Assembly (NCBI RefSeq): GCF_963921235.1
Contig: NC_086108.1
Span: forward strand, 86,678,001 to 86,742,000
DNA: 64,000 nt
Direction: 5' to 3'
Source: Mobula hypostoma
Taxonomy: Eukaryota
This document shows positions 63,836 to 64,000 of the stretch, piece after piece. Position 1 is the stretch's first letter; each line of letters begins with the position of its first letter. The notes under the pieces were generated by a model that was not told where the DNA came from, did not search any database, and saw only the letters and a list, made by a program, of their open reading frames with translations. Made by a program: the position numbers and the translations under genes.

Positions 63836-64000
63836 TCAAGTCAAGTCAAGTCACTTTTTATTGTCAGTTTGACCATAGCTGCTGGTACAGTACACAGTAA
63901 AAACGAGACAATGTTTTTCAGGACCATGGTGCTACATGAACAATACAAAAACTACACTGAACTACATAAAACGAAACAAAGACTACAGACCTACCCAGGA
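63836..64000 (-). mobile_element. LINE 3' end with (TGACT)n tail; runs off the window
   Basis: tcaagtcaagtcaagtcactttttattgtc (minus strand: AATAAA then the tail). Confidence 0.6.

Noticed and set aside
1..64000. CRISPR array, operon or prokaryotic defence system
   Set aside because: No regularly spaced repeat-spacer array and no bacterial-type genes; the RTs and nucleases all belong to eukaryotic retroelements.

Overview
Eukaryotic, repeat-dense vertebrate DNA with no prokaryotic genes, rRNA, tRNA genes or CRISPR arrays. The repeat inventory (HE1/V-SINE-like tRNA SINEs, Deu-domain SINE relics, many CR1 LINEs, Penelope termini) suggests a cartilaginous fish, probably a ray; this is inference. 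Most of the window is decayed transposable elements. They include about 15 CR1 pieces, several Rex1/Babar LINEs, an RTE fragment, Penelope-like elements (RT + GIY-YIG), two hAT deletion derivatives, a Tc1-type MITE and a solo LTR with a 4-bp TSD. There are two Sushi/Tf1-type Gypsy elements, one nested in a Mag-type Gypsy. Four observations stand out. (1) A recurring fold-back unit of two inverted Penelope termini; three ~200-bp copies have 11-15-bp TSDs, the arms are consistently asymmetric, and the consensus is a minimal type I hammerhead ribozyme. (2) A Tf1/sushi self-priming signature in the nested chromovirus. (3) The nested LTR elements share a deletion. (4) Two phase-compatible minus-strand exon candidates (about 40.6-40.8 kb and 30.0 kb) may belong to an unidentified host gene whose introns hold these repeats. 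All family assignments, boundaries and divergence counts were made by eye; no database search was run.
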